Positions 51,681-62,000 of a stretch of DNA of 62,000 nt are shown one piece after another. A program made the translations under genes and the position numbers. Origin of the DNA: Malacoraja senta (Eukaryota); the NCBI GenBank assembly GCA_038087875.1, contig CM075991.1, positions 6,510,001 through 6,572,000 of the forward strand. Direction: 5' to 3'. The notes beneath the pieces are model-generated. The model saw nothing but the letters and a program-made list of their open reading frames with translations. It was not told the origin of the DNA and searched no databases. Each line of letters opens with the position of its first letter. Positions within the stretch are counted from its first letter, which is position 1.

Positions 51681-52768
51681 ATCATAGATACATAGAAAAT
51701 AGGTGCAGGAGTAGGCCATTTGGCCCATCGAGCCTGCACCGCCATTCAATATGATCATGGCTGATCATCCAACTCAGTATCCCGTACCTGCCTTCTCTCC
51801 ATACCCCCTGATCCCCTTAGCCACAAGGGCCACATCTAACTCCCTCTTAAATATAGCCAATGAACTTGCCTCAGCTACCCTCTGTGGCAGAGAGTTCCAG
51901 AGATTCACCACTCTCTGTGTGAAAAAGTTTTTCCTCATCTCGGTCTTAAAGGATTTCCCCCTTATCCTTAAGCTGTGACCCCTTGTCCTGGACTTCCCCA
52001 ACATCGGGAACAATCTTCCTGCATCTAGCCTGTCCAACCCCATAAGAATTTTGTACGTTTCTATAAGATCCCCTCTCAATCTCCTAAATTCTAGCGAGTA
52101 TAAGCCAAGTCTATCCAATCTTTCTTCATATGAAAGTCCTGACATACCAGGAATCAGTCTGGTGAACCTTCTCTGCACTCCCTCTATGGCTATAATGTCC
52201 TTCGTCAGATCTGGAGACCAAAACTGTACGCAATACTCCAGGTGTGGTCTCACCAAGACCCTGTACAACTGCAGTAGAACCTCCCTGCTCCTATACTCAA
52301 ATCCTCTTGCTATGAAGGCCAACATACCATTCCCTTTCTTCACTGCCTGCTGCACCTGCATGCCTACTTTCAATGACTGGTGTACCATGACACCCAGGTC
52401 TCGCTGCATCTCCCCATTTCCTAATCGGCCACCATTTAGATAATAGTCTGCCTTCCCGTTTTTGCCACCAAAGTGGATAACCTCACATTTATCCACATTA
52501 TACTGCATCTGCCAAACATTTGCCCACTCACCCAGCCTATCCAAGTCACCTTGCAGTCTCCTAGCATCCTCCTCACAGCTAACACTGCCCCCCAGCTTAG
52601 TGTCATCCGCAAACTTGGAGATGTTGCTTTCAATTCCCTCATCCAGATCATTAATATAAATTGTAAATAGCTGGGGTCCCAGCACTGAGCCTTGCGGTAC
52701 CCCACTAGTCACTGCCTGCCATTGTGAAAAGGACCCGTTTACTCCTACTCTTTGCTTCCTGTTTGCCA
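51681..52768 (-). mobile_element. CR1-clade LINE, 5'-truncated, open RT C-terminal frame of 331 aa
   Basis: RKQRV, SGVPQGSVLGP.LF.IYINDL, KFADDTKL, RPHLEYCVQFWSP, RRLRGDLIETYKI, RVVNLWNSLP; 3' UTR hairpin and (TTTCTATG)n tail. Confidence 0.95.
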
Positions 52769-53019
52769 CTCCGCTCCACTCTTTTAAATCTCTATTCGTA
52801 CAGTCACTGTGAATGGCTCGATTGTAATCATCTATTGTCTTTCCGCTGACTGGTTAGCACACAACTAAAGCTTTTCACTGTACCTCAGTGCACGTGACAA
52901 TAACCGAAACTAAACTACAATCTTGCTTTCAAAATGCTTCTATAGCCGCATCCTTCCCTTTGTAGTTCTCCACCAGTCCTTTAGCCCTCCTATAAATTCA
53001 CACTCTTGATTTTAGTGAT

Positions 53020-53850
53020 AGAGGCATACAGCATGAAGACAGGCCCTTCGGCCCCTCGTTCGTGCCAGCCAAAATGCCGTATCAAAGCTAGTCCAGTTGC
53101 CTGTTAGTCCATATCCTTCTGATCTCATATGCTTGTACATGATCCTTATCCCACTATTCCCTGCACTTCCATGTGCCGATCTAAAAGCCTCATAAACACC
53201 ATTAAGGGCCTGTCCCACTTTCATGACCTAATTCACGACCTCTGCCGAGTTTGCCCTTGACTCATAGGGTGGTGACAGCATGGTCGCCACGAGGTCGTAG
53301 GAGGTCGTAGGAGGTCGTAGGTAGGTCGTACCAGGTAGTGATGCTAGTCGTAGGTAGTCGTGGCATCAAGTAGGTCGGGGCGTTTTTTCTAGCCTGGTGA
53401 AAAATGTCCACGAGTAAAAAAGGTCGTGAATTAGGCCGTGAAAGTGGGACAGGCCCTTTATTGTATCTGCTTCCACTACCACCCCAGGCAATGCGATAAA
53501 GGACCCCACTCTTTGTATTAAAAAAAACATGCCCCACACATCTCCATTAAACTTTTCCCCTCAACTTATATATATGTCCTCTAGTGTTGGAAATGAACAC
53601 CCTGGGGAAATTGTTCTGACTGTCTATCCTATGCACCTCATAAGTTATATACATCTATCAAGACTCTCCTGAACCTCTGACGTTCCAGAGAAAACATTCC
53701 AAGTGCATCTAATTTCTGCCTGTAGCTGAAACCCTCTAATCCAGGCAGCATTCTGGTAAACCTCCTCTGCACCCTCTCCAAAGCCCACACACCTTTCCTG
53801 TAACACGGGCAACCAGAACACCGCACAATACTCCAAATGGGGTCCAAGCC
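53020..53850 (-). mobile_element. Decayed CR1 3' region interrupted by a MITE
   Basis: ALERVQRRFTRMLPGLEG..Y..KL..LG.FSLE. Confidence 0.78.
53205..53457. mobile_element. PIF/Harbinger-type MITE, second family, nested in a CR1 3' end
   Basis: TIR AGGGCCTGTCCCACTTTCA.GACCTAATTCACGACCT; TSD TTA at 53202-53204 and 53458-53460; interior with gaggtcgta repeats. Confidence 0.85.
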
Positions 53851-54221
53851 AAAGACCAGGGTACAGTGAAACTCCTTTCTGCAGACATTTCAGTTAAAAA
53901 AATTACTGTAAGTAAACACAATCATACTTTTATTGCCATTGGCGAGTAGAGTATTAGCCAGAGATCAGCAATGCAAAATCTGCTCAGGGAGAGGAAGATA
54001 ATGCTGTTTGCTCAATTACTGACATCTGTTACACACTCCTGGAAACGGCGGTGTAAGCCTAGTTTTTAAATTGCTCGGCAGGCAGGGTTAAGCAAATTTC
54101 GGAACAAAATGCGGGGACGTGGAGATAAAAACGTAACTGCTTTCTCTCGGAGCCAGTAGCGAAGCGATGGGCTGAACGATCAACCTCTGTGTGATGAGTT
54201 GCCCTGACTTTGAACTAATCT

Positions 54222-54433
54222 GCATGGTGGCGCAGCGGTAGAGTTGCTGCCTTACAGCGCCAGAGGCCCGGGTTCGATCCTGACTACGGTTGCTGTCTGT
54301 ACGGAGTTCACACGTTCTCCCTCTGACCACGTGGGTTTTCTCCGGGCGCTCCGGTTTCCTCCCACACCCCAAAAGATGTGCAGGATTGTTGGTTAATTGG
54401 CTTCTGTAAAATTGTGAATTGCCCCTGGCGTGT
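54222..54433 (+). mobile_element. tRNA-derived SINE 5' part; further pieces at 54748-54945
   Basis: A and B boxes and central domain; interrupted by CR1. Confidence 0.78.
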
Positions 54434-54434
54434 A

Positions 54435-54645
54435 CATAGATACATAGAAAATAGGTGCAGGAGTAGGCTATTCGGCCCTTCGAGCCTGCACCGCCATTCA
54501 ATATGATCATAGCTGATCATCCAACTCAGTATCCCGTACCTGCCTTCTCTCCATACCCCCTGATCCCCTTAGCCACAAGGGCCACATCTAACTCCCTCTT
54601 AAATATAGCCAATGAACTGGCCTCAACTACCCTCTGTGGCAGAGA
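54435..54645 (-). mobile_element. CR1 3' end
   Basis: SLPQRVVEASSLAIFKRELD. Confidence 0.85.
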
Positions 54646-55339
54646 GACACATACTATGAACCACCTCCAGTTTAAATTCCATTTGGAATATTTTGGAGGA
54701 CCAAGAAACCAAGAAACAATTTTCACATATATTGTGGAAAGAAACAGATCTCGGAGAAAACCCACGCAGGTCACCCGTCGTCAGGATCGAACCTGGGACC
54801 CTGGTGCTGTAAGGCAGCAACTCTACTGCTGCGCCACCTGTTACACTCGGTGTGGGATGGTGTTAGAGTACGGGGTGATCGCTGGACGGCGCCGACTCGT
54901 TGGGCCGAAGGGCCGGTTTCCACGCCGCATGTCTGAAGTCAAAAGTCTATAAGGTTACTCAAAGCAGAAGAGCAGGGATCACTATTAAAACAAAACACAG
55001 ATGGAATTGTTGAAGCGACGTGTTGTCGGAGAGGCTTGTGGAGTGTCCTGATGTGGAGGAGAGAACCATCCGTGCAGAGAGCCCGAGGCAGCATTCCTGC
55101 ACTGGCACCAGAACATGACAACTGTGTGTGACCTCAACCCGCTGCTGGATGTAAATATCTGGCACCATTCTGACCAGATGGCGGCTGAACCACCATTGCT
55201 GGCACAGGAAGGTGGTCTCTTGACCCTGACCCTCGGCCAACAGTGACGTGTGCATGGGCACAGCTACAACGGGGTGATGAAGAGGTCAATGCCCACTGGC
55301 TTGCCATCTGAATACTCTTGGGTGTGCTCTCCAGCATAG

Positions 55340-55630
55340 ACAAGAGAGATACAGCATGGATACAGGCCCTTCGGCCCAGCAAGTCCACGATGACCAGCGA
55401 TCATTCCATACACCAACCTATAGACACTGGGAACAATTTTACAACTTATCAAAGCTAATTAACCTACAAAGCTATACGTCGTTGGAGTGTGGGATGAAAA
55501 CCAGAGCAAACCAACGCGATCACTGGCAGAACGTGCAAACTCCGCACAGAGAGCAACCATAGTCAGGATCGAACCTGGGTCTCGGGCGCTGTGAGGCAGC
55601 AACTCTACCGCTGCACCACTGTGCCGCCCC
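55340..55630 (-). mobile_element. tRNA-derived SINE
   Basis: Consensus match. Confidence 0.78.
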
Positions 55631-56475
55631 GATGCTGCATACTGCTGGGAGGTTGAATAGTTGCAATGGTTGCAAGTTGAGAGGTTGAATACAGTCCCAC
55701 CAGTGCATGAGGTCCCAGAACCATTTAGACAAAGGGAAAGAAACTATGTTTTCTTGCTGATCTGGCAGATTTATTTCTGCTGAGCTTCCCATCTCGCTGG
55801 CTGCAGGCAGCCCACGTATTGTTTCAATTACTGTCTGACCACTGCCTACATTTACTGTCGCGCGTCCTCGCTGAAAACCCAAGCTCCAGCGCAGCACGAA
55901 CAGAGCCATTGGGTGGCAGCCAACTGTACTGCACGCTTCTCAGTTTAACCCTCACCGTCCCGGAATGCACGAGCTTTTGCAGTCATGTTGCTAATCAAAT
56001 AATTGGAACCTTTCGCTGGAATCGAACATAAAATCAAGTGACGCAGAAAAGAGGTTGGGATTCATCAGTCTTTTCTATTATTAAAACATTATGCCAGAGC
56101 TAAGGTTCACGGCCTCAGGCAAAATGGAGAAGCAAAGAACTGCAGATGCCGGTTAATACGAGAAAGGGCACTGGTGCTGGAGTAACTCAGCAAGTCAGGC
56201 AGCATCTCTGGAGAACATGGATAGATTGGTGTGGCCACCCTTGTTCTCCAGAGATGCTGCCACACCTGCTGAGTTAACACCAGCACTCTGTGTCCATTCA
56301 TGGCTCAGAGCTGCTCAAAAGGTTTTGTGGTTCACGCTGTGTGTGTATGACCTTTCAAGTAACGTGATAAGGTATCGCAAATAAAAGCATTAACATTGCT
56401 TCGTGGAACTAAAGGGCAACGGCAGCATGAAATGACTGGGAGACAGAACACTAGGGCAGATAAAACATGCAGGGA

Positions 56476-57108
56476 GCAACTGCAGATGCTGGTTTATAGT
56501 GAAGATAGTCACAAAATGTTGGAGTAACTCAGCGGGACATACAGCATCTCTGGAAAAAAAAGAATAGGTGGGGTTTCGGGTTAGAACCCTTCTTTGGACT
56601 GAAGAAGGGTTCCGACCTGAAACGTCACCTATTCTTTTTCTTCACTAGTGCTGGCGAACATTCCAAGTGCTGGAATGTGTAAACTTAAGGAACAGCACCT
56701 CATATTCCTCTTGGGTAGCTTAGAACCCAACGGTATGAATGTTGCATTTTCCCACTTTTGGTAATACCCAACCCTGTTCTCCCCTCTTTTCCCTGTGCCC
56801 CACCCATCTCTCCCACTATCCATCCCCATGCACCCTCTCCACCCCCCTACCCCCCCCCCCCTTATCTGACACCCTTTTGTCTCCTATTCATTTCTGTCCA
56901 CCCATCTGCCAAACAAAACCTTTGTATCCACCTATCACTTGCCATGCGTTGTCCTACCCCCAACTCTTTTCCAACCTCCTATTTTAGCCATTCAGTCTGA
57001 AGAAGTGTCCTCACCTGAATTATCACCAATTCATGTCCACTGGTGACCCAGTGAAGCAACATGGAGATGCTGCCTGACCTGCTGAGTTACTCCAGCACTT
57101 TGTGTTTT
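56476..57108. mobile_element. Diverged PLE derivative: reverse end, GIY-YIG C-terminal remnant, 3' UTR and forward end
   Basis: aaacttaaggaacagcacctcatattcctcttgggtagctta (KLKEQHLIFLLGSL), pyrimidine-rich UTR, PLE-end motifs at both sides. Confidence 0.6.
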
Positions 57109-57619
57109 ATTGGAGGAATACAATATTTTTGTAACAAAACTTGGGGTGAGCCTTGGACTATGCTTGGAGTTCTTGTAAGTTCTAACCAGAACCTTCTATG
57201 AAAGAGAATGCACATTATTTTGTTCTGGTGTGGGTAATTAGTACGGGTGTCAGGGGTAATGGGGACGAGGTAGGAGAATGGGGTTGAGAGGGAAAGGTAG
57301 ACAATAGACAATAGGTGCAGGAGTAGGCCATTCGGCCCTCTTTCTGTTACTATAACTTATGAACATCAGCAAGGTACATCAACTCAGACTAATTAATACT
57401 TAGATGATGTGATAATCTCATTCCAACCTATTATCTGGACTTATTTCTGATTTATGCATCACATACCATTGTCTGGGATCAGTACTAAGATTGAGACTCA
57501 TTTTGTAACCACAGCCAACATTCCGTTCTAGAACATCTGGGATGTCCTCCTTTCCCAGTAAACATGGTTTCCACCCCCACCACATCCCTTTTGAATGGAA
57601 GTATGATGAAACAATGTTA

Positions 57620-58112
57620 AAGAAGGAACTGCTGATGCTGGAAAATCGAAGGTAGACAAAAATGCTGGAGAAACTCAGCGGGTGAGGCAGCATCTATGCA
57701 GCGAAGGAAATAGGCAACGTTTCGGGTCGAAACCCTTCTTCAGACTGATGTAAGGGTGGGGGGGGGGGAGGCGGGAAGAAGAAAGGAAGAGGTGGAGCCA
57801 GTGGGCTGAGGGACAGCTGAGAAGGGGAGGAGAAAGTAGGGACTACCTGAAATTAGGGAAGTCAATGTTCATACCGCTGGGGTGCAAATGTTCATACCAG
57901 CGGTATGAACATTGACTTCTTTAATTTCAGGTAGTCCCTACTTTCTCCTCCCCTTCTCAGCTCTCCGTCAGCCCACTGGCTTCACCTCTCCCTTTCTTCT
58001 TCCCAGCCTCACATCAGTCTGAAGAAGGGTTTCGACCCGAAGCGTTGCCTATTTCCTTCGCTCCATAGATGCTGCCTCACCCGCTGAGTTTCTCCAGCAT
58101 TTTTGTCTACCC
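57620..58112. mobile_element. Non-coding fold-back PLE derivative (two inverted 3' UTR arms)
   Basis: Arms of ~220 bp are reverse complements around ~57882-57897. 14-bp TSD ATGAAACAATGTTA at 57606-57619 and 58113-58126. Only the left arm has the tail. Confidence 0.88.
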
Positions 58113-58339
58113 ATGAAACAATGTTACTTCACTGGGTCACCTTTAACTAGGGTGCACAAGGCAAGAGAGACCTAAGGAATGTAGATACACAGAACTGTGA
58201 AGGTGACAGAAGTTGATAACCATATGTAGAAGTTATGGCTTGATAAAGAAGTGATTGAATGGAGTCCAGAAACAGGGACACTACATTGGGAAGCCGCCTA
58301 ACCCAGCTCCAAACCCAGGTGGCATATGTCAGGGCTCTG

Positions 58340-59190
58340 GGGAGGGTTTATGAAAGAAAGGGATCTTGGAGTGCAGTTACGTGGTTCCTTGAAAGTTGAG
58401 TCACGGGTAGATAAGGTGGTGAAGAAGGCTTTCGTCTCATTAGCCTTCATCAGACAGCGTATTGATGATGGAAGTTGGAAAGTTATGTTACACTTGTACA
58501 AGATGTTAGTTGTGCCACATTTAGAGTATTGTGTTCAGGTTGGGAAATATGTTGTTATGCTGGACACAGAGAAGATTTACGCTATACAGACAGGTTGGGC
58601 AGACTAGGACTTTATTCCTTGGAACGCAGGAGGCTGAGGAGTGATCTTATATAAGCGTTTTTTACCCAGAGTAAGTACATCGAGAACATAGGTTTAAGGT
58701 GAGAAGGGAAAAATTGAATAGGAACCTGAGGGGCAACTTTTTCAAACAGAGGGTGGGAGTATATGGTACGAGCTGCCAGAGGAAGTAGTTGAGGCAGTTA
58801 CTATAACAAGACAAGTACATTCACAGGAAAGGTTCAGAGGTATATGGGCCAAAGGTAAGGAGGTAAAACTAGTGTAGATGTTGTGTCTTGATTGGAATGG
58901 CCCAAGGGGCTGTTTCCATGCTGTATGACTCTCTATGTTAAGAATATATCTAAGTCTTGGTGAGGACATATACCAGAACAGCAGTGTGGTGGTTAAATCT
59001 GAAGAAGTTTATGGAACGAGCTGCCAGAGGAGGTAATTGTGGCAGGTACTATAACAGAACAAATATATGGACAGAAAGATTCAGAGGGATATGGGACAAA
59101 CGCAGGAAGGTGAGACTAGTGTAGCTGGGCCATGTTGGCCGGTGTGGGCAAGTTGGGCCGAAGGGCCTGTTTCCTGCTGTATGACTCTAA
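58340..59190 (+). mobile_element. Decayed CR1 fragments
   Basis: ERDLGVQ..SLKVE..VDKVVKKA..LYK.LV.PHLEYCVQ. Confidence 0.78.
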
Positions 59191-59839
59191 GTTGTGCTTT
59201 TCTGGAAGCTTACAGGTTAAGGAGGGATTTAACAGAGGAACGTGTTATAATAATGAATAGTTTTGCAGAAGGAACTGTTTCCTTTGGCACAAGGGGCATA
59301 ATTGAAGAACACAGATTTAAGACACTCAGCAAGAAAAGCAGAGGAGAAGCGAAGAGATATGTTGCTGCACAGCAAGTGTTTATGGTCATTAATGCACTCA
59401 AAGTCTGGTGGAAGCCAGTTCAACTGGATATCTGACTTCAAAAGGGAACTGGATAAATACTCGAATGAGAAACAATCTCATATCTGGAGGAAAGGAACAC
59501 ATTGGATAACTCTTTCAACTTGAGCATAGACATAATGTCAGAGTCCAGGCACAATCATGGCAAATGGAAGATTAGGTTTTAATTGTACCAACTGGTGAAT
59601 TTCTCTGCTAAATTTGCAATCTCAGTAAATAAATGAGAGGCCTTCATTAGATTGAATAATCACTGCATCAAAAGGCTACATTGACCAAATTAAGGGCATT
59701 TAATGATTGAAGTCACCACCAAAAAACTCAATGGTCATTCTGATTCACTGCCCTCATTACCCAAAGGTTTTACACTGGCATTGCACGAATATAATGTTCT
59801 CGTCTCTATTTAAGCTGGAACGAGTGCAGAGACGATTTA

Positions 59840-60235
59840 TGAGGACAGGCTAGGACTGTATATCCTTGGAGGGTAGGAGGATGAGAGGTGACCTTATAGA
59901 GGTGTGTAAGATAATAAGGGATAATAAGGGATAGGGTGGATGCACAGAGTCTTTTACCCAGAGTGGGGGAATCAAGAAACAGAGGTTTAAGATGAGAGGA
60001 GAAAGATTTAATAGGAAGCTGAGAGGCAACCTTGTCGCACAGTGGACGGTGGGTGTGGGGAATGAGCTGCCGGGTGACGTGGTTGAGATATTAACAACAT
60101 TTGAAGGACATTTGGACAGGTACATGAATGGGCAAGGTTTAGGGGGATAAGGGCAGGTTGGACTTGGGTAGATGGTGCACCTTGGTTAGCATGGTCGAGC
60201 TGGGCTGAAGGGCCTGTTTTGTGCTGTATGACCCT
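59840..60235 (+). mobile_element. Decayed CR1 3' fragment
   Basis: aggaggatgagaggtgaccttatagagg...gggctgaagggcctgttt. Confidence 0.72.
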
Positions 60236-60597
60236 ATTGATTCCTCACCCAGTATCACCAATTGTTTGACGTTTAAAACATGCTGCATGCAACTTGGCTG
60301 CAGTGTTTCCCATATTACAACATGCTCCATTGAGCTTAAAGCAATATTTTAACCTTTCCTGCATTTATCCGGTTCCCGTTTGAAATTAACTACCATATTG
60401 AATCAGCTTCCCCTGCCCTTACGGTCTGCATTCTGTAAACCACTTTGGGATGTCTCAAGATGATGAAAGGTGATTTGTAACTGGAAGGTTCTCATGTGTG
60501 GAAAGGAACTGCAGATGCTGGTTTATACCGTAGATAGACACAAAGTGCTGGAGTAACTCAGCGGGTCAGGCAACACTGCTGGAGTAAAAGGATGGGT

Positions 60598-60888
60598 TGT
60601 GGCATCAGCTGATACACAGACCACTTATGGTCGAACCGTCGTCAGTAGCTACGAAGGCTGGCACGTGACGTCATGGGCTAGGGGGAGTGTCCTGCTACAT
60701 AAGCTTATCTCACCTTGAGATCTCACGAGTCAACAGGTAGCTGAGCTCGAGACAACACCCTCGCTCAGCGACAGCAGCAATGACAATTATGTTAGTGGAC
60801 CAAACTTACATGTAACAACTGAATAAAAACTACTGTTTGAACCTGCCTGAAGTCTGGCCTTTTCCTGACCACGTTTGGTGCCGCTACA
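60598..60888 (+). mobile_element. Solo LTR (291 bp) inserted into a PLE-end element
   Basis: Starts TGT, ends ACA, with imperfect terminal inverted repeats (TGTGGCATCA / TGGTGCCGCTACA). 4-bp TSD GGGT at 60594-60597 and 60889-60892. Removing it restores the host motif gatgggtgacatttcgggt. Internal AATAAA at 60822-60827. Confidence 0.8.
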
Positions 60889-61017
60889 GGGTGACATTTC
60901 GGGTTGGAACCCTTCTAAGTTTGGACAAAATGATATTGGTGGGAATACGTATTGCTGTGCATAGTGTTTCGTCAGTGGGGTTGGATTAAGTAATTCTCTT
61001 TGTGTTTCCCTCCACAG

Positions 61018-61305
61018 GGACGGTGCATCAATTTCACTCGAGTCAAGGCCAGCAGGAGAGCACCCAGCTACCCCTACTACAACAACATGAGGAATGGTGG
61101 GCCGGCTCCCATCTACAACCTGTCCATCAGTCTTCCTCCATCGCCCGCCCCGTCTCCCGAGCCGTCGCCCGTCCACTCGACAACTCCGTCGCCCACTCCG
61201 TCGCCCACTCCGTCGCCAACCTCCACCTTGCCACCGCTTCCGCCGGGACCACCGCCCACCCGGGCTCCTCCGCCTTCACGCCCACCCCCTCGCCCTTCCT
61301 TCTAA
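61018..61305 (+). CDS. ANTXR1: ANTXR1 terminal coding exon, proline-rich cytoplasmic tail
   Basis: Acceptor ctttgtgtttccctccacag, phase 0. Encodes [10 protein letters not shown]...[26 protein letters not shown], matching the human [10 protein letters not shown]...[14 protein letters not shown] ends. Confidence 0.93.
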   Translation, partial: GRCINFTRVKASRRAPSYPYYNNMRNGGPAPIYNLSISLPPSPAPSPEPSPVHSTTPSPTPSPTPSPTSTLPPLPPGPPPTRAPPPSRPPPRPSF

Positions 61306-62000
61306 CCCTGGCGGGTCAAGTGGTCAACCCTTCACTTCAACAGCAGGCGGGAAGGGCACCAAAGAGGTACTGTGTAGATGTTCTTACTGGTCTGAAGAAG
61401 ACTGATTTCCTTTGGCCAGTTTGTAGAGGAAATCTGCAGAAAAAACAAACTCCAATCTACACAGCAATATCCTTTGAACCTGTGCCAGTTAAAGTTGGCC
61501 TTATTGTCTTCACCTTGATCAATCGTCGCTTTTAAATGTGTGATATATTGATGTTTGACAGTTACCATTTTATATATCTTATTACAATTTACTATTTTTC
61601 TGCAACAATGCTGGGCGTGAAAACTCAACACAACTTGTTTCCCCATGTGTTGGGTTTTGACCAATGTATTGAAAGAATTGTCGAGATTTGGTGTATAGGA
61701 GGATTGTCAATATTCCTTGCTGATTCTGCTACCTTTAATGTAAGGTGTAAGCCTCTTACCACATCCTGTGGAAGGTACTATTATGTACTTTAGTTCCGAG
61801 CACATTAGAGCACAATTGGGAGCAGATATCCGTGGCCCTGAACAGGACCATATCCTGCCACTTCAGCCATTGTCGGGGGTCATGTTTCTATGGTTGGGTC
61901 ACACATTGGAGGGTCTCATTTGGGCGGTGAATGTGGGTCACTCTGTGCTACGGGCAAGGGGGGAGTTACTTCATGAGAAGGCCTGCCTCACTGAACGCTC
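61306..62000 (+). other. ANTXR1: Probable ANTXR1 3' UTR, continuing beyond the window
   Basis: Follows the stop codon and contains no obvious repeats. No AATAAA seen before the window end. Confidence 0.6.

Larger units (their letters stand above)
448..61305 (+). other. ANTXR1: Span of the visible 3' part of an anthrax toxin receptor 1 (ANTXR1/TEM8)-like gene; the 5' vWA exons lie upstream of the window
   Basis: Four GT-AG-bounded exons in the order and phase expected for vertebrate ANTXR1. Spliced peptide of the first three: [83 protein letters not shown]. The Pro-rich C-terminus favours ANTXR1 over ANTXR2, but the exact paralogue cannot be fixed without a tree. Confidence 0.9.

Noticed and set aside
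55171..55184. TGACCAGATGGCGG CTCF-like motif (also gcgccccctgtag at 4668-4680)
   Set aside because: Single imperfect motif matches are expected by chance in 62 kb; no supporting evidence.

Overview
This is vertebrate, repeat-rich genomic DNA, most likely a skate or ray (inferred from HE1/V-SINE-like SINEs, CR1, Rex1 and Penelope-like elements). The window lies inside the 3' half of an anthrax toxin receptor 1 gene (ANTXR1/TEM8) on the + strand. Three Ig-like-domain exons (448-546, 5188-5257, 12125-12203) and the terminal proline-rich exon (61018-61305) are visible. The transmembrane and juxtamembrane exons are not visible and most probably lie in the 200-N scaffold gap at 28406-28605. The introns hold an antisense tRNA-Pro(AGG), many CR1, Rex1 and tRNA-derived SINE fragments, three PIF/Harbinger-type MITEs, a solo LTR just upstream of the last exon, and a ~630-bp microsatellite. 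The most notable structure is a Penelope-like (RT + GIY-YIG) retroelement system. It comprises truncated coding copies plus many short, non-coding fold-back derivatives sharing a 12-17-bp target duplication and a one-sided ~35-nt tail, many of which carry a minimal hammerhead-ribozyme-like core. Almost all entries in the six-frame ORF track are repeat-derived or spurious. Repeat boundaries are by-eye estimates unless a TSD is quoted.
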